Of a stretch of 61,481 nucleotides of DNA, positions 53,049 through 61,481 are shown one piece after another. Numbering within the stretch: the stretch's first letter is position 1; every line of letters begins with the position of its first letter. Source of the DNA: an uncultured Rubrobacteraceae bacterium (GTDB lineage: Bacteria; Actinomycetota; Rubrobacteria; Rubrobacterales; Rubrobacteraceae); NCBI GenBank assembly GCA_902806075.1, contig CADCVG010000086.1, positions 5,854 to 67,334 of the forward strand, given 5' to 3'. The translations under genes were made by a program, and so were the position numbers. The notes under the pieces were generated by a model. That model did not search any database. It worked only from the letters and a program-made list of their open reading frames with translations, and was not told the origin of the DNA.

Positions 53049-54248
53049 CTATCTCCCCTCTTCCCGCAAGTCGCTCACGACGTTCTCTGCCTCTCCTTCG
53101 GACGGATAGAGGTTGTGCTTCTCCACGTCGTCCTGGTAGCGTGTCTGGATATCCGACTGCAAGAGACCCGTCCTCTGGACCTCCCTGTTGAGGGCGTAGC
53201 CGAAGGGCGCGTAGGGCAGCCCACGGTAGATCACCACCTCTTCCTCGTCGAAGCCCAGGAAGTACCGGCTCGAGCTCCAGAGGTAGAAGGGCGTAAGGAG
53301 AGCCGCCACAACCAGCACCACCGCCACCGCCCGGACCAGTGACCCGAGCACCTGTCCCAATCTACCGGACTTCGTCCGCTTCTTCTTGCTTCGCGCCACG
53401 TTGCGGCTCCGGGTCTCTTTACCCTCACCGCTCCCGCTCGAGGTGCTGCCGCCGGTGGATCTTTCGGGGGAGAGCGCTCTCATCTCCTGAGTGCCGCCTC
53501 GGGGCCTTCTCTCGGGGGGTGGGGGCTCCTCCTCGCTCACGTCGATAATTACGACGGTCACGTTGTCGGCGCCGCCGGCGTCGAGGGCGGCGCCGACGAG
53601 GGTGCGAGCCGCCTTCTCGGGGTCGGGGGAGGAGGTGAGGATCTCTTGCAGCTTGGTCTCGGGGACCATATCCGTGAGGCCGTCCGAGCAGAGGACGAAG
53701 CGGTCCTCGGGCTCGACCGGGAGGACGGCGGTATCTACCTCGACCGTGTCTTCGGCGCCGAGAGCACGGGTGATCAGGTTCTTCTGCGGGTGCTCGCTGG
53801 CCTGGGCGCGCGTGAGGTCTCCACTGCGCACCAACTCGGCGACGAGGGAGTGGTCTTCGGTTACGGGCTTGAGCTCGCCGCCGCGCACGAGGTAGGCCCG
53901 AGAATCGCCGACGTGCGAGACCTCCACGACCGGCTCCCCATTCTTCTCACCGAAGCGTACCGCGACTACGGTCGTGCCCATCCCGGAGAGCTTGTCGTCG
54001 CCCCTGGAGGCAGCGAGGATGCGCCGGTTCGCCTCCTTGATGGCGGTCTCGAGCGACTCCGAGGGCGGGAGTTCCTTGAGGACGTCGACCGCGATGGAGC
54101 TCGCGACCTCCCCGGCCTCAAAGCCGCCAATACCGTCGGCGACCACGAAGAGCGTCTCGTTGCGGCCCTCGCCGGTGAGGAGGGAGTCTTCGTTGTTCTT
54201 GCGGACCTTGCCCGGGTCCGTCATCCCGTAGTGTTCCAGGACCAGCAC
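53049..54248 (-). CDS. pstP: PP2C-family Ser/Thr phosphatase with TM and extracellular tail
   Basis: RKNNED, VADGIGG, GMGTT, HVGDSRAY, LCSDGL, GGADNVT. Confidence 0.93.
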   Translation of the reverse strand: MLVLEHYGMTDPGKVRKNNEDSLLTGEGRNETLFVVADGIGGFEAGEVASSIAVDVLKELPPSESLETAIKEANRRILAASRGDDKLSGMGTTVVAVRFGEKNGEPVVEVSHVGDSRAYLVRGGELKPVTEDHSLVAELVRSGDLTRAQASEHPQKNLITRALGAEDTVEVDTAVLPVEPEDRFVLCSDGLTDMVPETKLQEILTSSPDPEKAARTLVGAALDAGGADNVTVVIIDVSEEEPPPPERRPRGGTQEMRALSPERSTGGSTSSGSGEGKETRSRNVARSKKKRTKSGRLGQVLGSLVRAVAVVLVVAALLTPFYLWSSSRYFLGFDEEEVVIYRGLPYAPFGYALNREVQRTGLLQSDIQTRYQDDVEKHNLYPSEGEAENVVSDLREEGR

Positions 54249-54251
54249 GGC

Positions 54252-54749
54252 CTACTCCGAGTACCTGAAGGTCGTGGACCCTACCCGCAGACGGTCGCCG
54301 CTCCTCAAGGGGGTGGCGCCAACGGTCTTACGGTCGTTGACGTAGGTGCCGTTGGTGGAGCCGGAGTCTTCGACGTACAGAAGCCCACCGTGACGGGTGA
54401 GCATGGCGTGACTCCCGGAGACGTAGTCGTCGTTCTTCAAGACAATGTCGCTCGACGACGAGCGGCCGATGTTCGTCGTGTCCCCGGACACGTGGAATGG
54501 GGTGCTAGGGGCGAGGATGTCCGAATCTTCGACGACGAGCTTCGAGGAGCCGTTGAGGCTGTCGGCATAGGGCGTCGCCCCGTCGCGCTGGACGTCGGAC
54601 TTTCGGCCCTCTCCCGGGACAAAGGTCTCATCCTCGGGTAAGGAGCGCAAATCACCGATGCCGCGCCGGACCACGGCGTAGATAAACGCGAAGAGCAAGA
54701 GCAAGAGCAGAGCCTTCGCCGCGAGCAGCGGCACCTGGAGGTCGAGCAC
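54252..54749 (-). CDS. fhaB: membrane-anchored FHA protein
   Basis: N-terminal TM, IGRS, VSGSHA, GSTNGT. Confidence 0.88.
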   Translation of the reverse strand: MLDLQVPLLAAKALLLLLLFAFIYAVVRRGIGDLRSLPEDETFVPGEGRKSDVQRDGATPYADSLNGSSKLVVEDSDILAPSTPFHVSGDTTNIGRSSSSDIVLKNDDYVSGSHAMLTRHGGLLYVEDSGSTNGTYVNDRKTVGATPLRSGDRLRVGSTTFRYSE

Positions 54750-54752
54750 GGC

Positions 54753-55625
54753 TCAACGCCCCCCGCGGCCTTCTTTGCGCTCCTGCTGGCCGTCGTCGCC
54801 GCCAGAGGAGTTCCGTCGGGACGAGGCCCTGTCGCCTGTCTCGCGGACGAAGCGGGTGGTGATTCCCCCGAAGGTGAGCTTGTCGCCCCCCTCGATGCGC
54901 TCGCGGTCTATAGGCGCGTCGTCGAGTAGGGTGCCATTGGTCGACTCCAGGTCCTCGACCATAAAGCCGTTCTCCAGGCGCGAAAGACGGGCGTGCCGCC
55001 GCGAGACGTTCGGATCTGAGATGACGATGTCGTTCTCCTCGCTCCTTCCGATGCTCCACGGTCCCCGCCCCTCCAGGGGATAGGTCTTGCCGTCGTCGAT
55101 GACCAGGCTGATCATCTCCCGCGCCAGCCCGTGCTTGCTGGCCTCCTCGGCGGAGATGGCGGCCGTACCCTGATCCCCGCCGTCTGTCTTCTCGGTGCGG
55201 AAGATCCTGGTCTGCCCCGAGGTGTCCTCCGGAGCTCCCTTCTCCCGCGGTCCTTCGCCGCCGGTGAGCTTGGCCGTCACCCCGAACTCGCCGAAGCGCA
55301 GGGAGTCCTCGGTGGTAAACCGGACTCTGGGTGGGGTCATGAGGTGGTAGCTCTTCGACTGGGCGTGGGTCGAGGCGTACTGGATGAGCTCGTCCCTAAG
55401 CGCGCTCTGGTAGGCCTGGATAGACTCGGAGTCGGCTTTCGATAAGTGGACGGTGAAGTCGTTGGGGGCGTAGGTCCTGGAGACGCTGACCATGCGATTC
55501 TCGTCCATCTGCTTGGTGAGGCCCTTGGCGATCTCGACCGGATGGACCTGTTTCCTGAAGGCACGACCGAACGCTCCCTCTACGAGGGACTGCATCCGTT
55601 TCTCTATAGATCGGAGGAAACCCAA
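54753..55625 (-). CDS. fhaA: DUF3662 + FHA domain protein
   Basis: EGAFGRAF..VHPVEIA, APNDFTVHLS; FHA IGRS...VSRRHA...STNGT. Confidence 0.9.
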   Translation of the reverse strand: MGFLRSIEKRMQSLVEGAFGRAFRKQVHPVEIAKGLTKQMDENRMVSVSRTYAPNDFTVHLSKADSESIQAYQSALRDELIQYASTHAQSKSYHLMTPPRVRFTTEDSLRFGEFGVTAKLTGGEGPREKGAPEDTSGQTRIFRTEKTDGGDQGTAAISAEEASKHGLAREMISLVIDDGKTYPLEGRGPWSIGRSEENDIVISDPNVSRRHARLSRLENGFMVEDLESTNGTLLDDAPIDRERIEGGDKLTFGGITTRFVRETGDRASSRRNSSGGDDGQQERKEGRGGR

Positions 55626-55631
55626 AAAGAC

Positions 55632-57239
55632 CTACCCAACGACGCCGGACCCGAGATACTTCACGAGCCCGTATATTATAGCTGCCAACCCCAGGGAAGT
55701 CATAGCCTGAGAGAGGGAATCGGGAGTGGACGAGATCGCGAGCGCGTACCCCAAGACCCCCCCGACGACCGCGAGCACGAGCCCCACGAAGGGAAACCCG
55801 AGCCACTCGGCGGCCGATATCACTGCCGCCATTGCCCCCCACAATGCGGCCAGCAGCGCCAGCGTGGGGTACGCTCGCAACAGCGCCTCGCCCGTCTCCA
55901 GGAGCGCCAGGGGACCCGCGGCGGCGGGGAGGTTGCCGAGCTCGAGCCCGAGGTAGGGGATGATGCCGTCCCCGCGCGCAAGGTCGTAGGCGATGAGCGA
56001 GAACGCCGCCGCCGCCGCCGAGAGGGCGGCCCCCAGAGGCCGCATCAGCGCCCCCAGGAGGAGTGGCAGCCCCGCCCCGAGCCCGTAGGCGGCGAGGGGG
56101 ATGGCGAGCAAAGGCCCCAGAGGCAGGCGGCGCATGCCCCCGCTCACCGAGCCGGTCGCAACCCACAGAGCCCCCACCGCTGGCAGGAGCAGAACGGCAC
56201 CGAAGCCCGCCTGCTGGCTCCTGGCGAGCGCAACGGCGAGAGCGATGATCACCCCCAGAGCGCCCAGGCGCGGCAGCAGGTAGCCCAGAACCCCGAAGCC
56301 TGCGGCGATCCCCAAAGACTCGGCGCCGTCGAGGACGAGTCCGGCCCCAAGGTAACCGAGCCAGCCGGCTACGAGGCCGTTCACGACCCTGAGGGCCTGG
56401 TTCGCGTACCTCCCGTTGAGGGGCTCCCTACTCTTCTTCGTGATGTCCCTCGTGGCCCCGGTGCTCTCGCGGCGGCCGGTGAGGAGCTTCAGGGCGGCGT
56501 CGGCGCTGCGGGGGCGGTGGGCCGGATTTGGGGAGGTCGCGCGATTCACGAACTCTAGGAGGCGTCGCGGCGGCTCGTCCGGCTGGTAGGCCAGGAGAGA
56601 TCGGGCGGTCGCCCCGACCGCGTAGATGTCGGTAAGCTCCGTGGGGTCTTCGCCCTCCATGATCTCCGGTGCTATGTAGCCGGGGGTGCCGACAGCGTAG
56701 CCGATCTGTGTCAGGCGCGTGTCCCCGGCCCGATAGGCCACCCCAAAGTCCGTGAGCTTCACGCGGCCCCGGTCGTCCACGAGGGCGTTCTGGGGTTTTA
56801 TGTCCCTGTGGATAATCCCCTGAGAGTGGGCGTAGGAGAGGGCTTCGAGGATTTCGGCGAGGGCGTCGATGACCTCGTGGATGTCGTAGTGTTTGGCCGC
56901 GACGTCGAGCGGCACACCCCGGACGAACTCGGTCACCAGATACACTTCCAGGTCGCCGGGGATGATCTCCTTGGTTTCGACGATGTTCGGATGCTTGAGG
57001 GCCTGGGCGATCTGGCCCTCCCGCAGCGCTCGGGAGCGCTCCTTTGCGCTGTAGACCGGGATAACCTTGACGGCTACCTCCTGCGCTCCGCCCCCGAAGC
57101 CCCGGAGGAAACCCTTGCGGGAATCGTCCACGGGGTGCGCCCGCCACACGGTTCCGAAGCCGCCACGGCCAACCATCTCCGCGAGCGCGTAGCAGCCCTG
57201 GCCCGGATCCCGGCCACCGATGTAACGCGTCTCGACCAC
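55632..57239 (-). CDS. Ser/Thr protein kinase with polytopic membrane C-terminus
   Basis: GRGGFGTVW, VAVK, HRDIKPQN, DFG, GTPGYIAPE; residues ~280-535 almost wholly hydrophobic. Confidence 0.88.
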   Translation of the reverse strand: MVETRYIGGRDPGQGCYALAEMVGRGGFGTVWRAHPVDDSRKGFLRGFGGGAQEVAVKVIPVYSAKERSRALREGQIAQALKHPNIVETKEIIPGDLEVYLVTEFVRGVPLDVAAKHYDIHEVIDALAEILEALSYAHSQGIIHRDIKPQNALVDDRGRVKLTDFGVAYRAGDTRLTQIGYAVGTPGYIAPEIMEGEDPTELTDIYAVGATARSLLAYQPDEPPRRLLEFVNRATSPNPAHRPRSADAALKLLTGRRESTGATRDITKKSREPLNGRYANQALRVVNGLVAGWLGYLGAGLVLDGAESLGIAAGFGVLGYLLPRLGALGVIIALAVALARSQQAGFGAVLLLPAVGALWVATGSVSGGMRRLPLGPLLAIPLAAYGLGAGLPLLLGALMRPLGAALSAAAAAFSLIAYDLARGDGIIPYLGLELGNLPAAAGPLALLETGEALLRAYPTLALLAALWGAMAAVISAAEWLGFPFVGLVLAVVGGVLGYALAISSTPDSLSQAMTSLGLAAIIYGLVKYLGSGVVG

Positions 57240-57388
57240 GGGTAATTATTCTATAGGAACTTCTGCTAAAAGGCGGGACGTTTGTTACTAGATCCCGTGG
57301 AGGCTCGCCGCGTTGGTCTTTCGTGTTTCGTCTTGATACAATCCGCAAGGTTTCTTCAGTACGGTGATCGCCGGAAGGAAGCCGGATC

Positions 57389-57472
57389 GGGCGAGTGGCG
57401 GAATAGGTAGACGCGCTAGGTTCAGGGTCTAGTGTCCGAGAGGACGTGGGGGTTCGAGTCCCCCCTCGCCCA
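57389..57472 (+). tRNA. tRNA-Leu (CAG)
   Basis: GGGCGAG/CTCGCCC acceptor stem, CTAGG-TTCAGGG-TCTAG anticodon arm, long variable arm, GGTTCGAGTCC. Confidence 0.96.
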
Positions 57473-57533
57473 CGACATCGTCGGCGCCGCCCGTGCGGGA
57501 GGCGGTCTTTGATCTCCGTGTAGGGAGTTGTTC

Positions 57534-58619
57534 ATGGAGCGCAGGTCCCACAGGTCCGCACCGTCGGTCCGCCGCGCCAGGCCCAGGGGCCAGGAGAGCG
57601 GCGCCCGTAAGCGTCCCGCGCGGACCCGCCGTGAACGCGCCGTGCCGCCGTGGCTCACGCTTCTCGGGAGCATAGTTTTCCTCCTCATCTGCTTCGCCTT
57701 CATCTTCTTCGTCGCCAAGAGTTGTGTCGCGACCCAGGAGTCAAGCCAGATCCGCAAATACGTCACCGGTGCGGACAGCGCCCTCAGCGACTCGGCAAAC
57801 GTGGGTAACGAGCAGTTGCAGGGTGCCATCTCCGCCGGCCTCGAAGACCCCGCAAGCCTCGATGCCGCGACCATCAAGGGAGTCGCGGACGAGAGTCAGA
57901 AGTACTACCTGGGTTCCTTGCGCAACGAGGAGGTGCCGCTAGAGTTCGAGGACGCCCACCACTACATGGTAACGGCTTTGGGCATCCGGGCTGCGGCGAC
58001 CGGGAACCTCGCCGCCGTCGCGCAGGGCGACAGCGGGGAGTTCGAGGAGGCCGTCTCCTCCGCCGTCGAGGACTATAAGCTCAGTGACGCCATCGTCCGC
58101 GACCACTATGTCCCCTCCTCCGAGGAGTCCCTAAAGGAGTCCGGCCAGAGGGGGGATCAGAACTATCTCTACGAGCCGAGGCCGTTCATGGACTACGAGG
58201 CGCTGGGCCTGGGGAGCGGCTCCACCCAGGAAGCGGCCATGCCGGAGGACCCGAACGCCCTGCGCGACGTGCGCATCGTAGACGTCAAGCTTGCCGGCCA
58301 GCCCCTGCTCCCCGGTGGAAACGTGGTGCTCACCGGCAGCGACGAGTTGACCTTCTCCGTAACCATCGCCAACGCTGGTGAGGTTGCGGAGACCGGGGTG
58401 CAGGTCGAGGTCGTCCTCAACACCAGGGCCGAGCGCCAGGCTATTCTGGCCACCGTTGAGCGTATGGACCCCGGAGGTACGGCCATCGTGGAGGTGAGAG
58501 GGTTCAAGCCCGGCGAGTTCAACGAGACTGCACCGGTCAGCATCGAGGCCGGGCCGGTAGAGTACGAGCAGAGAAAAGAAGACAACACCCTCGCGGGCAC
58601 GGTGACGTTCGGGATCTAG
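57534..58619 (+). CDS. membrane-anchored protein with C-terminal Ig-like (CARDB-like) domain
   Basis: Arg-rich N-terminus, single TM, helical ectodomain, VTIANAGEVAE...EQRKEDN Ig-like motif. Confidence 0.65.
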   Translation: MERRSHRSAPSVRRARPRGQESGARKRPARTRRERAVPPWLTLLGSIVFLLICFAFIFFVAKSCVATQESSQIRKYVTGADSALSDSANVGNEQLQGAISAGLEDPASLDAATIKGVADESQKYYLGSLRNEEVPLEFEDAHHYMVTALGIRAAATGNLAAVAQGDSGEFEEAVSSAVEDYKLSDAIVRDHYVPSSEESLKESGQRGDQNYLYEPRPFMDYEALGLGSGSTQEAAMPEDPNALRDVRIVDVKLAGQPLLPGGNVVLTGSDELTFSVTIANAGEVAETGVQVEVVLNTRAERQAILATVERMDPGGTAIVEVRGFKPGEFNETAPVSIEAGPVEYEQRKEDNTLAGTVTFGI

Positions 58620-58641
58620 GAGAGAAGGAGGCGATGAGGGT

Positions 58642-58920
58642 ATGGTAACGGCGGTCGTCCTCGTCAGGACGGAGAGAGAAAGGGTGCAGGAGGCTGCCCA
58701 GGCTATGCTCGGGATCGAAGGCGTAACCGAGGTCTACTCCGTTACCGGTCCCTACGACCTCGTCGTCATGGTGCGGATACCGAACTTCGAGAGGCTCGCC
58801 GAGATAGTCCCCGAAAAGCTCGCCCAGACCCCCGGCGTCGCCCGCACCGAGACTATGGTCGCCTTCCGCATGTACTCCAACTACGATCTCGACCGCATCT
58901 GGTCTCAGGGGTTTGAGTAG
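58642..58920 (+). CDS. stand-alone Lrp/AsnC ligand-binding domain protein
   Basis: IEGVTEVYSVTGPYDLVV...GVARTETMVAF. Confidence 0.88.
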   Translation: MVTAVVLVRTERERVQEAAQAMLGIEGVTEVYSVTGPYDLVVMVRIPNFERLAEIVPEKLAQTPGVARTETMVAFRMYSNYDLDRIWSQGFE

Positions 58921-58955
58921 AGCGGTCGACTCGTCCGCAAAAGCGATTCGTTAGC

Positions 58956-59507
58956 GTGGCACCATTAGAGATCGAGACGGATCGGCTCCGGCTGCGCCCC
59001 TGGAGGGAGGGTGATCTGGACGCCTACGCCCACATGTGCGCCGATCCGGAGGTGATGCGCTACATGCCTGGAGTAATGACCCGTGAGCAGGCCGCTGAAC
59101 AGATCGCGCGGTTCGTGCGCCACTTCGAGGAACGGGGACACTGTTACTGGGCGGTAGAGGACAAGGTGTCGGGCGCCTTTGTCGGCAGGATCGGCCTCAC
59201 GCACCAGCAAGACTGGCCCGAAGACCCGCACAAGACCGATGTAGGGTGGCTGCTCGACCGTGCCTATTGGAGCCGGGGCCTCGCCACCGAGGGGGCCTGG
59301 GCCAGCCTGCGCCACGGCTTCGAGGAGCTAGGGATCGAGCGCGTCATAGGCATAACACTCCCCGACAACCTGGCCTCCCGACGTGTGATGGAGAAGCTGG
59401 GGATGGCCTACCGGGGCGAGGCCCGGTGGAAAGGCTTCGACCTCGTCTGGTACGCCATCGACCGCCGAGAGTGGCGAGCCGACCGAGGGTCGAGAACCGG
59501 TAGTTGA
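58956..59507 (+). CDS. GNAT acetyltransferase (RimJ/RimL-like)
   Basis: IETDRLRLRPW, DPEVMRY, WSRGLATE, NLASRRVMEKLGM. Confidence 0.9.
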   Translation: MAPLEIETDRLRLRPWREGDLDAYAHMCADPEVMRYMPGVMTREQAAEQIARFVRHFEERGHCYWAVEDKVSGAFVGRIGLTHQQDWPEDPHKTDVGWLLDRAYWSRGLATEGAWASLRHGFEELGIERVIGITLPDNLASRRVMEKLGMAYRGEARWKGFDLVWYAIDRREWRADRGSRTGS

Positions 59508-59516
59508 CCGGCTAGA

Positions 59517-60662
59517 TCAGCCCGGCTCCTCGCCCTGGCTCTCGCCTGGAACTTCGACCATCGCGGGGCGGGTGTTCTCGATGAGATACGCGACTACGTC
59601 GAGGAAGTCGCCGCTGTTCTCGTAGACGTTGCGCTGGTGCTGGCTTCCGGTACCGTTCTCGACTATCTCCAGCGCTCCTTCTAGCTCGTTCTCGCAACCC
59701 AAGTCCTGGCTTATGGGGCGCAGCTCGTTTACGAGATCGCGGGTGAGCGTTCTGGCAGGGATCGAGGCACCTTTTCCGGCGTCGTAGAAGGCGGCTTCGA
59801 GGCCGTGGCGGGAGGCGCGCCATTTGTTCTCGATGGCGAGTTCGCGGTCATAGGGGCCTTTGGGGTCTCCGGTGAGGAAGCTGGCGACCAGGCATTGGGT
59901 GAGAGCGGCGAGGGACATGGCGGACTGCAGGCTCGTTTGGGAGTCGAGGACGCGCAGCTCTATGGTCCCGATCCTTGAGTGGGGCCGAACGTCCCACCAG
60001 CAGAAGGTGTAGTCGTCCATTGCGCCCGAGTCGACCATCAGGTCCACGTAATTCTCGAATGCCTCGTAGTCTGGGAAGGCGGGGGGGAGACCGGAGCGGG
60101 GGAAGGTCTCGAAGATCTTGACGCGCGTGGAGTCGTAGCCGGTGTCCGCGCCCTGCCAGTAGGGAGAGTTGGCCGAGAGGGCCAAAAGGAGCGGCACCTG
60201 CTCGGAGAGGCGGTTGTGGGCCTCGATGACTGCTTCCTCATCCGGGACACCGACATGGACGTGCTGGCCGAAGATCACCTCGCGCTCGGCGACCCAGCGG
60301 AGCGTTTCGATAACCCTCTTGTAACGGTCCTGCGCGGTAATCTTCTGGTCCTTATACAGCGAGAAGGGATGGGTGCCGGCGGAGGCGAGCGAGGAGCCAC
60401 AGGCCGCCGCCCACGACCCGACCCGGCTCCTGAGTTCCCGCAGTATTCTCTCGGCCTCAGCGACCGAGGCGCACGGTGGGGTCTTTATCTCCAGGACCGA
60501 CTGGAAGAGCTCGTAGGAGACGGCCTCCTTCAGGTCCTCTGGCAGGCGCGCCATGATCTCCTCTACCCTCGGGACGAGTTCACCCGTGGCCGCGTCCACG
60601 ATTTGCATCTCCTCTTCGACCCCCAAGGTGTAGCCTCCGCTACCCTTGAACTCTACCGGCAT
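59517..60662 (-). CDS. YbdK-family carboxylate-amine ligase (GCS2)
   Basis: TLGVEEE, LASAGTHPF, FGQHVHVG, LLALSANSPYW, WWDVRP, TIELRVLD, ENKWRASRHG; ATG 60662 after AGGAGG. Confidence 0.9.
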   Translation of the reverse strand: MPVEFKGSGGYTLGVEEEMQIVDAATGELVPRVEEIMARLPEDLKEAVSYELFQSVLEIKTPPCASVAEAERILRELRSRVGSWAAACGSSLASAGTHPFSLYKDQKITAQDRYKRVIETLRWVAEREVIFGQHVHVGVPDEEAVIEAHNRLSEQVPLLLALSANSPYWQGADTGYDSTRVKIFETFPRSGLPPAFPDYEAFENYVDLMVDSGAMDDYTFCWWDVRPHSRIGTIELRVLDSQTSLQSAMSLAALTQCLVASFLTGDPKGPYDRELAIENKWRASRHGLEAAFYDAGKGASIPARTLTRDLVNELRPISQDLGCENELEGALEIVENGTGSQHQRNVYENSGDFLDVVAYLIENTRPAMVEVPGESQGEEPG

Positions 60663-60822
60663 CAAGCCTCCTAGAACCCGGACGGACAGGCGAGCACCGT
60701 AATGCTCTCCGAACCGTCCCACTAGCAATTAGCGCCCGTATAGTAGCCGTTCCGCCACCGGGACACCAAACCGGCTCCGGCTACTGCCTCAACGCGGCCT
60801 GAAGGCTTCTTCAAGCTACGTA

Positions 60823-61481
60823 CTACCCCCGAGACGTCTTCCGGAGCCTTACTTGGGCGAGTGCCGCACCGGCCAACACCAGGACGGCCCCCACGAGCTT
60901 TGGTGCTGTCAACTCCTCCCCGAGCAGCGCGACGCCGACTGTCCCCGCCACCACCGGCTCGACGGTCGCCACGATGGCCGCCTGCCCCGCATCGAGCCTC
61001 CTGAGCCCCGCCGTGTAGAGCCCGAACGCCAGAGCGGTATGCACCACCGCAAGCATGAGGAGCAGGGCGTAGGAGCCCGAGGGGAGCCCGGCGAGCGTGT
61101 GAAAGGTCGGTAGGGCGGCGAGAACGAGCAGCACGCTCCCGATACCGAGGGCGTAGCTCAGGATGACGGCGGGTTCGAGGTGCCCGGCCACGGGCTTCCC
61201 AAAGATCGAATACAGACCGTAGGTCAGCCCGCTCAAGAGGCCCGCCGCGAGCACCAGGGGGCTCACCTCCAATGTAGACGGGGCGTACCCGCCGACGACC
61301 AGGAAGATCCCGCCAAAGGTCAAACCGAGCGCCAGGAGGCGCGGAAGACCGAGCGCCTCCTTCAAGAAGGCTCGGGCCAGGAGCACCACGAACGCCGGAG
61401 AGCTGTAGAGCAGGATCGCCGCTGTCCCGACCGTGCTCTCGCGCACTGTGAAGAAGTACAGGAGATAGAAAGCTCCCACCC
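60823..61481 (-). CDS. EamA/DMT family transporter (5'-truncated by window edge)
   Basis: AAILLYSSPAFV...FLKE, ATVEPVVA...LLGEEL. Confidence 0.88.
   Translation of the reverse strand, partial: VGAFYLLYFFTVRESTVGTAAILLYSSPAFVVLLARAFLKEALGLPRLLALGLTFGGIFLVVGGYAPSTLEVSPLVLAAGLLSGLTYGLYSIFGKPVAGHLEPAVILSYALGIGSVLLVLAALPTFHTLAGLPSGSYALLLMLAVVHTALAFGLYTAGLRRLDAGQAAIVATVEPVVAGTVGVALLGEELTAPKLVGAVLVLAGAALAQVRLRKTSRG

Noticed and set aside
56807-56815. Perfect DnaA box TGTGGATAA inside the kinase gene
   Set aside because: Single copy explained by the codons for IIHR of the catalytic loop

Overview
GC-rich chromosomal window spanning the replication origin of a deep-branching actinobacterium; gene content and order suggest Rubrobacteria (inference, not a database result). 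Core origin block: parB-parA-rsmG-[two parS]-jag-yidC-yidD-rnpA-rpmH divergent from a DnaA-box cluster, then a GHKL-ATPase/winged-helix gene, dnaA, oriC, dnaN, yaaA, recF, gyrB and gyrA. Left arm: a gcvPA-PB-T-H operon under a tandem glycine riboswitch, csaA, an EAL protein, a pmtA-psd-pssA phospholipid operon, leuS and a molybdate locus with two lesions. Right arm: rnpB, a three-gene Sdh1-type succinate dehydrogenase, tRNA-Gly(CCC), stand-alone coaC, a decayed coaA pseudogene missed by the ORF track, a coiled-coil beta-CASP nuclease/wHTH pair, the fhaA-fhaB-pstP-rodA-pbpA-pknB cluster headed by a polytopic membrane kinase, and tRNA-Leu(CAG). No CRISPR array, IS element or prophage was seen. 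Best candidates for an undescribed system: the GHKL-wHTH gene lying inside the split origin 3 bp upstream of dnaA, and the coiled-coil beta-CASP/wHTH operon.
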